Positions 29,581 through 43,778 of a stretch of 64,000 nucleotides of DNA are shown in pieces. Every line of letters begins with the position of its first letter. The first letter of the stretch is position 1. Made by a program: the position numbers and the translations under genes. The DNA is from the human T2T-CHM13v2.0 reference genome, Homo sapiens: the NCBI RefSeq assembly GCF_009914755.1, contig NC_060935.1. One strand, 5' to 3'. The notes beneath the pieces are model-generated. The model had not been told where the DNA came from, did no database searches, and worked only from the letters and a program-made list of their open reading frames with translations.

Positions 29581-30179
29581 TTCAAACTCCTTGTATGTTT
29601 CCATATGAATGATTTTTAAAATAATTTTCTTTGATGGATAGGAAGAGGACAATAGGGGAAGGCTGAATTAACGAGATACATTTTCATTCCCTCAGTATGG
29701 CTCCATGAGGCTTTTCTTTGCTTCAGTGCTTCTCCAAACTGAATCACTTCACATTATTAAAGTGCTGCAAACTGGGGAGAAAAAAACAACTTCCAAGAGA
29801 GAAAAACACGCCTCTAATAATAAATGTCTAAAGGCTCAAAGAAATTCTTTTAGGAAGTGCTTAAAAGACAAGAATATTTTAGTGGCATACACTGCATAGT
29901 TGTGGCCTATCAAAACCTACGCTTAACATTTCTAGGATCCTAAATGCTGACTCTTAGATTTTTAGAAGTATTATATATGCATATCCTAATTGGTATTCCA
30001 AAGTTCCTTAGTCAGCTACATAAACTATTGCAGGCTTATATTTACCTCATGGGTCTTTCATTTTCAACTCAAGAAAATAATATCATTTGTCTAATTCAAC
30101 AGTATCCAGGTTCTTTTCATCAGGAGAGATGATGCCATCAAGGTTGCAATGTAACTTTGCTTTTAAAACAAAGCATCCC

Positions 30180-30567
<388 letters not shown>

Positions 30568-30778
30568 TCAACCTTTTACATGAGGAGCATTTAGAGCACG
30601 GAATCACAGGAGCCAGTGAGAGAGTTCAGAAAAGACATTGGAAAGGCCCTAATCTCTATTCTCTCATTACAGGGAGAGTGTGGTCTATGTTCTGCCAAAG
30701 GACTCCTAAGACAAGAAATGGCAAATATCTTGAGGGAAAGAATGAGACAGAACAAAAGAACTAAGAATACCCCCCCAG

Positions 30779-31107
<329 letters not shown>

Positions 31108-32228
31108 CAATACCTCGATCTTAATTTGTGAAAATTTGGTGCCTTTTCAAACGAATATACCAGTACAGTATTAAATAAGGATTTAAATACTTATTTCGAC
31201 TTTATTTCTAAATAAACTCTCTACAGTGGTTGCTTACTGAGTGATGAAACACTGAGAGGTATCTACAGTAATTCACCCCTAACCATAATCTTGTGTATCC
31301 TCACTCAGCAAAACCAAAACTGTTATAAATGGCTCCCATCATCTTTTGGGTGGTTTGCAAACAATCCATTGTTGTTTGAACTTGCCTTGGTGTCTCATAT
31401 AATATTCCCAATCAGGTTATCGACATATGATTTTCAATTCCTTTTCCTCAAAAGAGTTCGGCCGAATACATTTTTTTTCTTGTACAGTAACACTTACGGT
31501 AATATTTAAGTACCTTGGTCATATTTTATGCTACTGATAGTTTGGGGCCCGGAGAGCTTCACAGTTGGGGTTTCTGTTATTCCAGTTCTAGCCCTAACTG
31601 TCACAGCCTCCTCTCTACTTTGAGAACTAGAAAAATCAGAGGATTGACATTTTCATAGACTTGGAGAGTCAGTCAAATAGATTAAACTTTTCAGTGTTTG
31701 AAAAATGTGTGTGCATGTTTAAGATACTTGATTTTTCTGAACTTTATGGTTCTGTGGTGACAGCTGGTAGATTTCTCTGGTGGCCAGAAAATCAAACTGA
31801 TGTCACACATTGTCCTGTGCTGTTCTGAGCATGTAGCCTTCCTAGAATCATATGGCAGTTAAGCAAAGAGAGTGACCCACAGCCAACTCAAATTTAAACT
31901 TGGTATTTAATTTAAAGCTCTAATTTAATGAATGTTGAATGCATTAAATATTTGTTTTTCTCCAACAGCTTTTAGTTAATTTTATGGCCTTTTTTCTACT
32001 TCAATGATATAGTAATCACCTGCCTGGATGATGATATAATTTGATTTTGAGATATATTTTTATCTCCTGAAAAGAGGTTCTCCATACATAACAAATGTGA
32101 ACTATCCATATTTTAATGTTGTTTCATTGGAATCTTAAATAATAATTTCTCTGAAATGTTTTGCTTGTTCTTTGCCACCTTTGTAGCTTCATTAAGGCTA
32201 AGGATATACTAAACTCCAAAATGAATAA

Positions 32229-32689
<461 letters not shown>

Positions 32690-33368
32690 TAAGATACAGC
32701 CATATTCTAGAGAAACACACAACCTTTAAAGAGGCACCGAAACACAAATATATTAAGGCCTCATACAAGAGTGATATCTAATATTTAAAATATAGAGGTA
32801 GACTAAAGCTGCAGCGCCACTATTGCCACATGCAAGGTATGTGCAGATCTATTTACTCTTTGTCGTTTACATAGATTAAGTCAGTAGTAGAGAATATGAC
32901 AGACGATGTTCTAATCCTTCTCCTTATTATAAGTAATTATGATATAGTTAACAAGGTATACCTCTGATTATTATTGTTTTAGCATCTAGCACTACAACTG
33001 GACTTTGGGAGGAATGTGATCATCATGCAAATTGGGACCTCCAGTTCTTGTGGTCTCTTGTCACTTCCAGAGTAAGGTGGGGCAATGCCACTTTGCTTCA
33101 TCCACAGATGCAGCATATATTACAGTGGCTAGCAATGATGACTATGTGAGTGAGTAAGTAGATAAATCAGTGAATCAACAAATGAAGTTTTTGGATGGGT
33201 TAAACCTGATGCACTCAAAGAAGACCTTGGTTGCTAATGGGGATGCCATGCCTACTGGGCCCATGCCTTTTGCCATTCCTTGTTTATTTATCCTCATCTC
33301 TGAGCTTGGCTCCTCTCAGAAGCCCTGAATTACAGGGTCACACCACCATCAAATGCCAAAGCAAATCA

Positions 33369-33377
33369 ACACACACA

Positions 33378-33422
<45 letters not shown>

Positions 33423-33426
33423 ACAC
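33369..33426. repeat. (CA)n microsatellite, ~29 units with two interruptions
   Basis: Directly visible. Confidence 0.95.
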
Positions 33427-33544
33427 TCATTTGCATTCCTCTTTTTTAGTACCTTGCCAATATTCATCCTTCCCTTCTTTTGGAGTATCTCTTATAGTAA
33501 ATATGTCATGATGCATTACTGCTCTTTACACTTGACCTTACATA

Positions 33545-33910
33545 CAGTGTGATACTCGGTAGGCAAAAACATGGCTTCCAGAGTAAGAAAAGACAGATTT
33601 GAATCTTCTTTCCAACATTTTTGATGAGTGCGAGTTTGGGTAAGTTCCTTAATCTCTTAAAACCTCAATTTCTTTATGTGAAGAATAGTACTAAAAATAG
33701 TTCTTCCTCGTATGGTTATTGCAATGATTACATTAGGTAATTTATATGAATTATCACACATCTTAAGTGATTAAAGAAATTTTAGCTAAAATCCCAAACA
33801 GTTTTCTTCTCAGTTTCTACTTCATAAAATTCTTGGTAGGAATAAATAATATTACACATGTTAACTGTCTGGCACAAAGCAGATCTTCAATAATGATAGC
33901 TATTATTATT
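33545..33910 (+). mobile_element. MIR fragments
   Basis: gggtaagttccttaatctcttaaaacctcaatttctttatgtgaag. Confidence 0.65.
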
Positions 33911-34154
33911 AGTTCTGGATACAAATCTATAAGGGTCACAAAATTTGTCTGATCAAATACTGAATGTTTGCTAATTTCTCCAGTAATACATAACTTAAGC
34001 AAACAAACTTGTCTTTTTCTATATATCCACTAAAAGGCTTTCCTAACTCAAACATCTTTTTCTTGAACCAATCTAAGATGCACTGCCTTGTGTATAGGAA
34101 TTACCTTAGCTTTTGTTCTCAAACAAGTGTGGCCTTCACTCAAAATATTATTTT

Positions 34155-34452
<298 letters not shown>

Positions 34453-34879
34453 TCAACTAAACTTTCTCCCAATCTTGTGTATACTCACTTTTCATTTAAA
34501 AAAAATATTCCCTTGCCCAGTATTGATCATTATGTTGCTCTGCTATTGGCACTCACTTTCTTAAGGCTATTCTCAAGGCATTTCCTATATCCTCATGTTC
34601 ATGAGAGCACAGGTTGTATATTAACCTTTTTTTTACCCTTGTACCTTCTGACACCATGCCTTGATCAAAGCAGGTCTCCAGAAAAATCTTTAGACCCAAG
34701 TCACCTATGAACTCCAAAAATTGAGTTGTGTTTAAACTGTATCTTTGCCTAAGTATGGGCAGCCCCTAACAACAGCTGCCCTTTCCTGTGAAATATGGCT
34801 TGAATTTATCCTCCCATCTCAGGAAATTTTTGCAAATTTTAAAAATAATTTCCAACTTAAATACTGAATAAATTAAAAC

Positions 34880-35200
34880 ATCAATTAAATACATTAATAC
34901 TTAGTACCTATCATGTACTTGGTATAATGATAAGCACTGGAGATACAAAGTTGGGTGAAATATGGTTCCTGCCCTCAAATAACTCAGTCTAACAGATAGA
35001 GACAAGTGAATGGAAACATGTAACAAAGCGATAGGAGTGCTATGGTAGATGTCTATAGACTGCAGCAGCTGCAGAGGTGACATAAAGGAGGCAATAGGAA
35101 TAGGTGATTCCACCGGCAGTGAGTCAGAAAACTTTTCATAGAGGAGATGGGATGAGCTGAGTGTGTTCATGGCAGGTGTTCATGAGAATGTGTAGGCCTA
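34880..35200 (-). mobile_element. L2 3' fragment
   Basis: agcactggagatacaaag...tggttcctgccctcaaataactcagtc. Confidence 0.65.
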
Positions 35201-35809
35201 TCAAAACAGAGACAGCAATATTAACCACATCTTCAGAATGTTCTACTGGAGACAGCACTGACCTTAAGAGTCTGATGCTTGCATTGTACTCCTGAGTCTG
35301 TGATTTAACATGCTAGGTAACCTTGGGCTTGTCATGATGCTTTAATTTTCTCATGCAGATAGATAACCTCTGAGGTCCCTCCCAGCTCTGACCTAGCAAC
35401 AGGGCTTTTCTTCCCATCTAGTGCACCTGACCAATTGTTACTGTGATTTTTCTATTACTCTTTATTCTAAAGATCCTAACTGGCAACCCATAATTTTGCC
35501 AGGTGATATCTCTCTGACCTCTGAATATCTCTGTCTTATCTCTTCTCTTTAACCTATAAAAGGCCTCAACAGGGAGGAAACTAAATAGTGGTATCACTTT
35601 CCGTCTTGGCTCCACTCGAGGACATTACCATAAGCATTTTTTCCATTTCTACTCCTCAAAGATCTCAGGTTTCTGGAGGGAAAGAGTAAGTAGCTGTTTC
35701 TCTCTAAAAAGGAAAAAACGTAAGAAAGTTTTGCTCTACTTCAAACCAAAAGAAAAAACTTGAGGAGGCTGATGTTCTTTACTCCCATCTTTTTATCATA
35801 TTTCGCTAT

Positions 35810-36322
35810 ATTTTTAAAATTTGTATGAATTTAAGGGGTACAGGTGCAGTTTTGTTACATGGATATATTGCTTAGTGGTGAAGTCTGGGCTTTTAGTGTA
35901 AGGATCACCTAAGGTACACTGTATCTATTGGGTAATTTCTTATCCCTCATTCCATTCCCACCTTCTCATCCTTCCAAAGTCTCCAATGTTTATTATTCCA
36001 TACATTACATAGCTCCTACTTATAAGTGAGAATATGTGGTATTTTGACTCTGTTTCTGAGTTATTTTACTTAAGATAATGGCCTCCAGTTTTATCCTTAC
36101 TGCTGCAAAAGACTTCATTCTTTTTTATGGGTGAATAGTATTCCATTGTATACATATACCAAATTTTCTTTATCCAATCACCCACTGATGGACACTGAGG
36201 TTAATTCCACATCTTTGCTATTGTGAATAGAGCTGCAATAAATATATGAGTGCAGGTATCTTTTTGATACGATGATTTATTTTCCTTTGGGTAGATGTCC
36301 AGTATTGGGATTGCTGGGTCAA
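35810..36322 (-). mobile_element. L1 3' end fragment (L1PB4/L1MA-like)
   Basis: ggggtacaggtgcagttttgttacatggatatattg...gggattgctgggtcaaa. Confidence 0.88.
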
Positions 36323-36967
36323 ATTTTCTCTGCTGAATATATGAAAATCAGTTGAGTGCTGAAAAAGTGAGTCATTCCACCAGAATGTAAGCTCTAAATA
36401 GGACAAAACACATTACAAAAGCCTGAGGCTTGCATTAATACAACTAGATTGTCCATCACCACCTTTAACTAATGTCCCTTCTCCTAGACTATCTTCACTA
36501 AAGATAGTGACCAAAAACAGGCCCTTTTTTCAAGTTACAGCGCATTATCACACAGAAATTAAAAGTTTAGATTGTGGAATCTAAAAGACCTGGATTCCAT
36601 AACAGTTCTGTACTTACAAGCTGTTAGAATTCATCTTTGTTATGCATTACACACATTTGTGTAAGTGTCAAAATTACTTATTTAAACACTTAGTAGTAAG
36701 CAAAAGATTTTCTGCTTAAGCTTTGTTTAGAACCTGTTTTAATGTAAGGTATACATCTGGTTATTTTATGAATACTATGAAGTTATAATAAGACTGGTTT
36801 AAAATATGCAGTTTTATTAAAAACTCATCATAGTTCATTATTCCTTTCTTTAAATAAACGCTCACAAGCTATAAAAACAATCACTGATATTCTTAGTTAA
36901 GATTCTGAGTTTGGTAAGATCACTATTCCTATTATTCACCTGAATTTGTTCTACCAGTAAACTCTAA

Positions 36968-37394
<427 letters not shown>

Positions 37395-38199
37395 CCTTAA
37401 ATAACTTTTTTTTTAAAAAATTATCTGCCTTTGTTATGAAGTATTTATAACACACGCAACTTTGGGTCTAGAAAAATAATCACAGACTTAATAACTACTA
37501 TGTTTTTAAAATTTTAATTAGAAAGCACACGTTTTTTTGTAATTAGCGGCTTTTTAGCTATAAAATTATAATAATTTTTATCAGTATTTCCATCAGAAGA
37601 AATTAAGAAAAATAGCTTAGGGTTCTTATATGCATAAAATAATCATTTTCTATATACAAAATTGTCTTGATTAAAGGCTTTTGTAACAAAGGAACAAATA
37701 TAGTTACTTAGTATGTTCAAAACTGGATTTGCCTGATTTGGAAGGAGTCCATTTTCTCTCAGCTTTGCTCCCTTGTTTTGCACCATGTGCAGGATGGAGA
37801 ATAACAGGTGGTTTTAATGCATTCACTTGGCTCCAGCCTGATGCAGGCTGTTTTGTTCTTTGGGTTTAAATATTTCATGAGTTTGTACATGCTCTTTGAG
37901 AACAGTAAATGGTGTTAAGAACACAATTGATCAATGGTTGTAAGGCATCATGATACACAAGGTTTTTGTCCCAACAGATCTCCTCCCTCACCTCACCACC
38001 CATCTATGCAAATCATGTGGTCATTTGCAAGCAAGTGTCCAAAAGTATCAAGAACTCAAAGCACATAGCCAAAATATTTAGGGAAATAAAAACTGGGTGC
38101 TAAGCCAAAAGATGAGACTTTACGAATATGATGATCTAACCAGATAGTCAAGAATATTTTCTTTTACTTGAGTATAATATGACTGTAGCATGAGGGAAA

Positions 38200-38565
38200 A
38201 TATCAATGTTCTCTACTTCATCCCCTCTCTCTCCTCAATCCTCTGCAGCTTTTGTTTGTGTTCCACTATTATATAAAAGTTGAACCCAAAATAATCAACA
38301 AAAGCTTTTTCACATTTAAATACAATGATCTTTCCCAGTCTTCATTTGCCCTGGCTTTCATACAGTATTTGGCACTAGAGTGACCACCCACCACTCGCAA
38401 CTTCCCTTTCCTTCCATCACAGGGTCTATCCTTGCTAGTCTCCTCCCTACTGCTCTGTCCACGGCAGTGATGACCATTTATTTTACTCCTGCCAGATATG
38501 AACATTTGCCAAGCTCTGTCCCTTGTTGCTTTTATAATCTACCTGAGTTTTGACTTCACCCCCCG

Positions 38566-38598
<33 letters not shown>

Positions 38599-39120
38599 CT
38601 GAGTAAACACTTAAGTACTGCCCTGGTCTCAATACATCTAAAACAGAACAGATGCTCTTGCCTAATTGTAACCATAATTTCCTGCAGTCTACCACTCTAT
38701 ATCTCTGTTAAGGAGATTTTTTTTTTGTCATATACATCCTTTACATTTGTTATCAATTCCCGCCATCCTATTTCATGTTCAAATTATCACTTTCTTAAGA
38801 ACATTGGTATAACTTCCTAAAAATACTTCTTCCCCTATTGATTTTCAACATCAATCTATTCTTCATATCCTTTGAGGTTTATTTTCCTAAAATGTTTCAT
38901 CAAGGAATTTTACTGCTCAAGTAGCTTCAATAATTTTTTAATCCCCAGAGAACATTTCATACCATCCACCAGCTGTCCCCAACCTACCTTTCTAGCTAAA
39001 TACTCTGTTTCTCGTCTTCAAAAACGTTTTCTAGCCAAGTAATTGAGCTGAACACCTCCTCCTTTTGGTATCTTTACTAATGCCACATACGCTGCCTTAA
39101 ATGCCTTAATGCAATTTATG
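38200..39120 (+). mobile_element. Degenerate L2, interrupted by a T30 tract at 38569-38598
   Basis: Pyrimidine-rich L2-like motifs (atctaaaacagaac; caatctattcttcat; ctgctcaagtagcttcaataa). Confidence 0.5.
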
Positions 39121-41407
39121 TTTATTAAAATTCTAATTAATGTAGAAAAATATTTTGAATGCCTAAAATTTCCCATGTATTAGGTTAGGTCCTAGGGCTA
39201 TAGTGGTAAACAAAAAAAGGCCTCTGCCTTTATGGAGCTGCATTCTATTGGTGGTGTGGGAATCTCCCATTTTTACCAACTAAAGACTGTCTTGTCCATC
39301 AAATCAAAAATATTTTTCTTATCGATACCCTGGAAATCATAACCCTGTTATCTCCAGAAAAAATGCTAATAACAATAAAAATGATTACTACTACTGCAGC
39401 TACTATTGCTACTACTGGATTTTGTTAAATATGTAGTACATGCCAGACACTATCTTAAGTTCATCTAATAATTGTAACAATTTTGAGAGCTTAGCATTTT
39501 AATGTTGATTTTACTATCAAAGAAGCTAGTTTCTAAGTTAAACAATTTTTTCAAGGTTATGCTTTCATAAGCAATGTGAAACCAGGAGAATCTTGTTCAT
39601 CCTCATCCTTACTTACTGATGGAAAGTATGTGCTCAATATAAATTTGTTGAACAAAATTAGCAAATGAGTGCCTATAGGGATGGAGAAAGAAATGGAAAT
39701 ATCTAGTGTTTGAATCCAGTATCTGACATTAAAACAATAATTTTTCTTTCTGGTCATACATAGCAGAGCACCTCTCTTACTATACTTGTGGTCTTCCTCT
39801 TGCCAGCTCCTCACATTGTGATTTCTCTTCCCTGACATACTGTCCTCTTGCTCGGATGGGGAACTATCTTTTAAATTTGTGTTTCTTTTATGGCACCTAT
39901 TATAACTGAACTTATGTTTGCCCCTAGTAGCCGCATTATAAATTGTTATTAAAGAAATAAATGGATTGACTCTTATGCTAAAGGCTTTTTATTTGCTGTA
40001 TATCTTTAAAATCCCTTTTATTCAAAAATCTTACCACTGTCAGTTTCCAAAGGCGTGAACTGCCTTAATTTCTCTCTAATCATTTTACTTCAAATCTTGC
40101 TAACAATGAGCTGCATCCCTTTTCATCTAAATATAGGTCACCCTTTCAGCAGTTTTCAAGATCAATTCATCAATCAACAAATATTTATTGAGTGACTACC
40201 CCCACCTTCTTCGCTATCTCATATAATCTCTTTTCATCCCATTTAAAAAGCACATCACTATCTTCACAACCTTGGGAAAAGAGCTATAGAGCCACATCAC
40301 CCTGCTCCTTCATCTGAAGTTCTGTGATTTTCGAAAAATGCTTCGGGCTGCTTGTTACAATAAAGGTCATACCAGTATTTCCAGATCAGATACTAAGGGA
40401 AAGCATTCTGCTGCTTTATTTTATTTCACCTTTTTCAAAGTACTTTAGGACCATGACAAGGACTGCTTATTAATAGGTTTTGTCCCCTACCGAATGTCTG
40501 GCCCAGGTGATAACATAGAAATTGTAAGGTTTAAAGTTGTTTATATCTAACATTTTTAGATTATGGTAACAACAGTATTATTAATTTTCATACTATTTTC
40601 ACATACATTATTGCATTGGATTCTTATAACAATCGTATATATAGTGATGTTTTAAAAAATTTCCTGCAAGCAATAACTATCAGTTTCCTGATGGTTACCT
40701 GATGGTTCACTTACCATCCCCCTCCCCCTAGCAGACATGTACATACATGCCACACTGGTCTCTTTTAAGAAAGGTGAAGAGGTAGAAATTAAATAAGCCA
40801 ATAGCAGACCTGGAAAAAACCTTTTAAATAATTGTAGTTAATATTGCTGAAGATTTACTATATGCTAAGCAGTAAAGCTTATATATATATATATATTTGC
40901 ATATATATAATTACATATAATTATATATAAGCATATTTCATATATAACATATAAGCTTTACTGCTTGGTGTATATATATGTATATATACATATATTCACA
41001 TACGTATATGCACGGGGCAGTTGTGTTCAATATTCATACAGAAGACCTGACTTACCCTGTTTTTTCTCTGTTAGATTCAATTAACTTAGAAGTCTAAAGT
41101 GACAAAAAAGTATAAGCAATATATTTTTCAAAGAAAAATGTAGAAGTTTCTACATATCTATTAGTGTTTCTCAGACTTGATCCAGGAGTTTGAAAGGGGT
41201 CATGCATACTCAAGTTGTGATAGCTAGTCGGATTAAGGCGTTCTGGATTCTGAATTTTATGCACCAATTCTATCTCTAGAAGTCTCAGAGACAGAATTTC
41301 TCTCTCTCTGGACACTTTTCTTTGTTGACCTTTAAGTATTCTGTCACAGGGTCAACTGGGACGCTGATAGGATAAGTTTCTAACAGTTCATGCTCAAGCA
41401 TAGCTCA

Positions 41408-41510
41408 CTGCTGCTTGCTTGCTTGCTCTCTCTCTTTTCTTTTCTTTCCTTTCCTTTCCATTCCCTTCCTTTCCTTTTCTTTTCTTTTCTTTTATTTTCT
41501 TTCTTTTCAT
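41408..41510. repeat. Polypyrimidine compound microsatellite (CTTG/CTTT/CTTTT)
   Basis: Directly visible. Confidence 0.9.
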
Positions 41511-41989
41511 ATCTTCTTGGAATAGGAAGACTCAAAAGGGTACCAGAAAAATTTTCACTTGCATTCTATTAATTAAACTACAGATACTCCTTTAATATAG
41601 TAAACAAATGTTAATCAGACAACAAACTTACAGCAAAAAGCACCAAGGATTGAAAGCAGTTGGTAGGGCAGGGAGAAGAGATGGAAGAAAATTCAAATCA
41701 TGTTTTCATTATACTCTTTGTTTTCTTAATCATCCTCTGCTTAGGATGGTTTTGCTTGCCAAGTTTTCCCTGTATAACTCCTACTTAGCCTTTAAAAACA
41801 TCTTCCATGATTCTCCTCTCCTTCCATCTAATATCATCACAAACCCTGCCTTTCTTTCTCTAGCCCTCCTACGCACTCTAATACACACATATGCATGCAC
41901 ATATATACACAGGCCAGGCTCTGCTAATGCTGTTTCTCTGTGTTTACAGACTACTTCTGTAGATTCTTTTTGCTCTGATTATATTATCA

Positions 41990-42420
41990 GGCTGTGTTAA
42001 GTATCAGCTCAGGCTTTGGATTCAGTCAGACATGTAGGCTAATCCTAAATTGGCCTCTTAATAATTTTTGTGACTTTAGAAAAGTTAAATAGCCTGAGTT
42101 CCTCCTCAATAAATTACGATACTACTTATACTTACTTCAATAAGGTTGTTAGGGATTATAAATGAAGTAGGAAGTAAAGTACAGTTCTCAACTGCTCATA
42201 ATCTAGAGACATTTCCTAAGTTTGACTCTGCCAGTTAATAGCTGTCAGATATCTGCCTCAGTTTTCTGATCTGTAAGTGGGGTCAAAATGAATATCATAG
42301 GATTGTGAAGGATAAATGAACTAGTAAATTAGTGTAAATTAATTTAAATAAATTAGTAAAATACTTGGAACAGTAGTCTGGCACATGATAAATGTTATTA
42401 TTATACTGTTCATTATTATT
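41990..42420 (+). mobile_element. Two MIRs
   Basis: ggctttggattcagtcagac...; ctgcctcagttttctgatctgtaagtgggg...acagtagtctggcacatgataaatg. Confidence 0.75.
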
Positions 42421-42424
42421 ACAG

Positions 42425-43778
42425 ACTGGTGGAATAGGGAGCTCAGCAAATCCTGTCCCCAAAGAACAACTTTAAAACTGGGCAGAAATTGCCAACAATA
42501 GCCATTTCTGGACTTTGAAAACTGACTAAAGACATATAGCAAGTTAAAAATGATTGATTAAAAAAAAAACTGCTGAATGTTAGTTAACAACTGTGAGAGC
42601 CTGTGTTATTCCAGTCTGGGGCTGCACATTGCCCCATCTCTTCCCACCCCACAAAATTCTGTGGGTACAGTAGTTCTACCAGCAGAAAATGCTATGAAAA
42701 CCAGCAGCTTTACTGCCAGAGGGGGCCAACTTCATTTGGAGCAGAATGTGGGAAAATCCCATGCATAGTTTTTGAAAACAATAGTGATTTCAGTGGCAAA
42801 CTTCAGGGAAAGCAAAAATGGAAGTAGTCTAAGGTTGCAATACTGGCTGGTGCAGTCAACATGCTGTCTACAGTAGCCAGAAATTTAACAGAACAATTTG
42901 GGTACTTAGAGAGTTATGTCAGGCTTTGAGAGCTCCTATATTTCCATGGAAGACTGGAAGTTTGAGTGCATATGAAAGGTCGTGAGTATCCTCAAGAGAC
43001 TACAGAAGGTCCTAGCAATCAACATATCCCTGCCTGAATGTGAGACCTTGCACACATGCACAGGAGATAGGAAAAGGAAGGCCTATTCGAAAATAAAATC
43101 TCAGGCCAAGTTGTAGGCTGCTTGAATGTAAACACATTCCCTGGCCCACTCACAAATCCATTGGTGAAGGATGGAAGGCTTACTGGCTCAAGGTGTTTCA
43201 GCATAACCTCTCACCAATCACTGGCTCACCATCTGGCTACGTTGATCTAAAGGCACTGCTATGATGCCAGGCTTCAAAAACAACAACAACAAAAAAGAAA
43301 AAAAAAACAAGACAGACTCATCAGAGACATCAGTAGCTATATACTGCAGGGGAAACAGACTACAGATCTAGCATGTGACTAAATGTTAGTTTTTAAACCA
43401 ACATTTAAAAACCCTCAAAATCTGGAGCTGGTAAGAGAGAAGAGGGCAAATCAGAATCTCTAATTGCTTTTATCTTATATGTAGAGTTTTCAAAAAAATA
43501 TAGGAGACACGCAAAAAAGGAAAGTATGATGATCCATACATAAGAAAGTAAGCAATAAATAGAAGCTATTTCTCAGGCATTCCAGATGTTGGAATTAGCT
43601 AACAAAAACATCAAAGCAGCCATAAATATGTGCAAAGAACTAAAAGAGCCATTTAAAAAAATTAAAGTATGACAACAATGACACATCAAATTGAAAATAT
43701 TAACAGAGAAATAGAAATTATAAATCAAAATCTCATGAAAATTTTGGAGTCAAAAACTGAAATAATAAATTTGCTAGA
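42425..43778 (+). mobile_element. Ancient L1M (L1ME/MD-like) 5' region and ORF1 start; resumes at 48046-48133 and 50400-51050
   Basis: aacaatagccatttctggactttg; ccagatgttggaattagctaacaaaaacatcaaagcagc. Confidence 0.65.
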
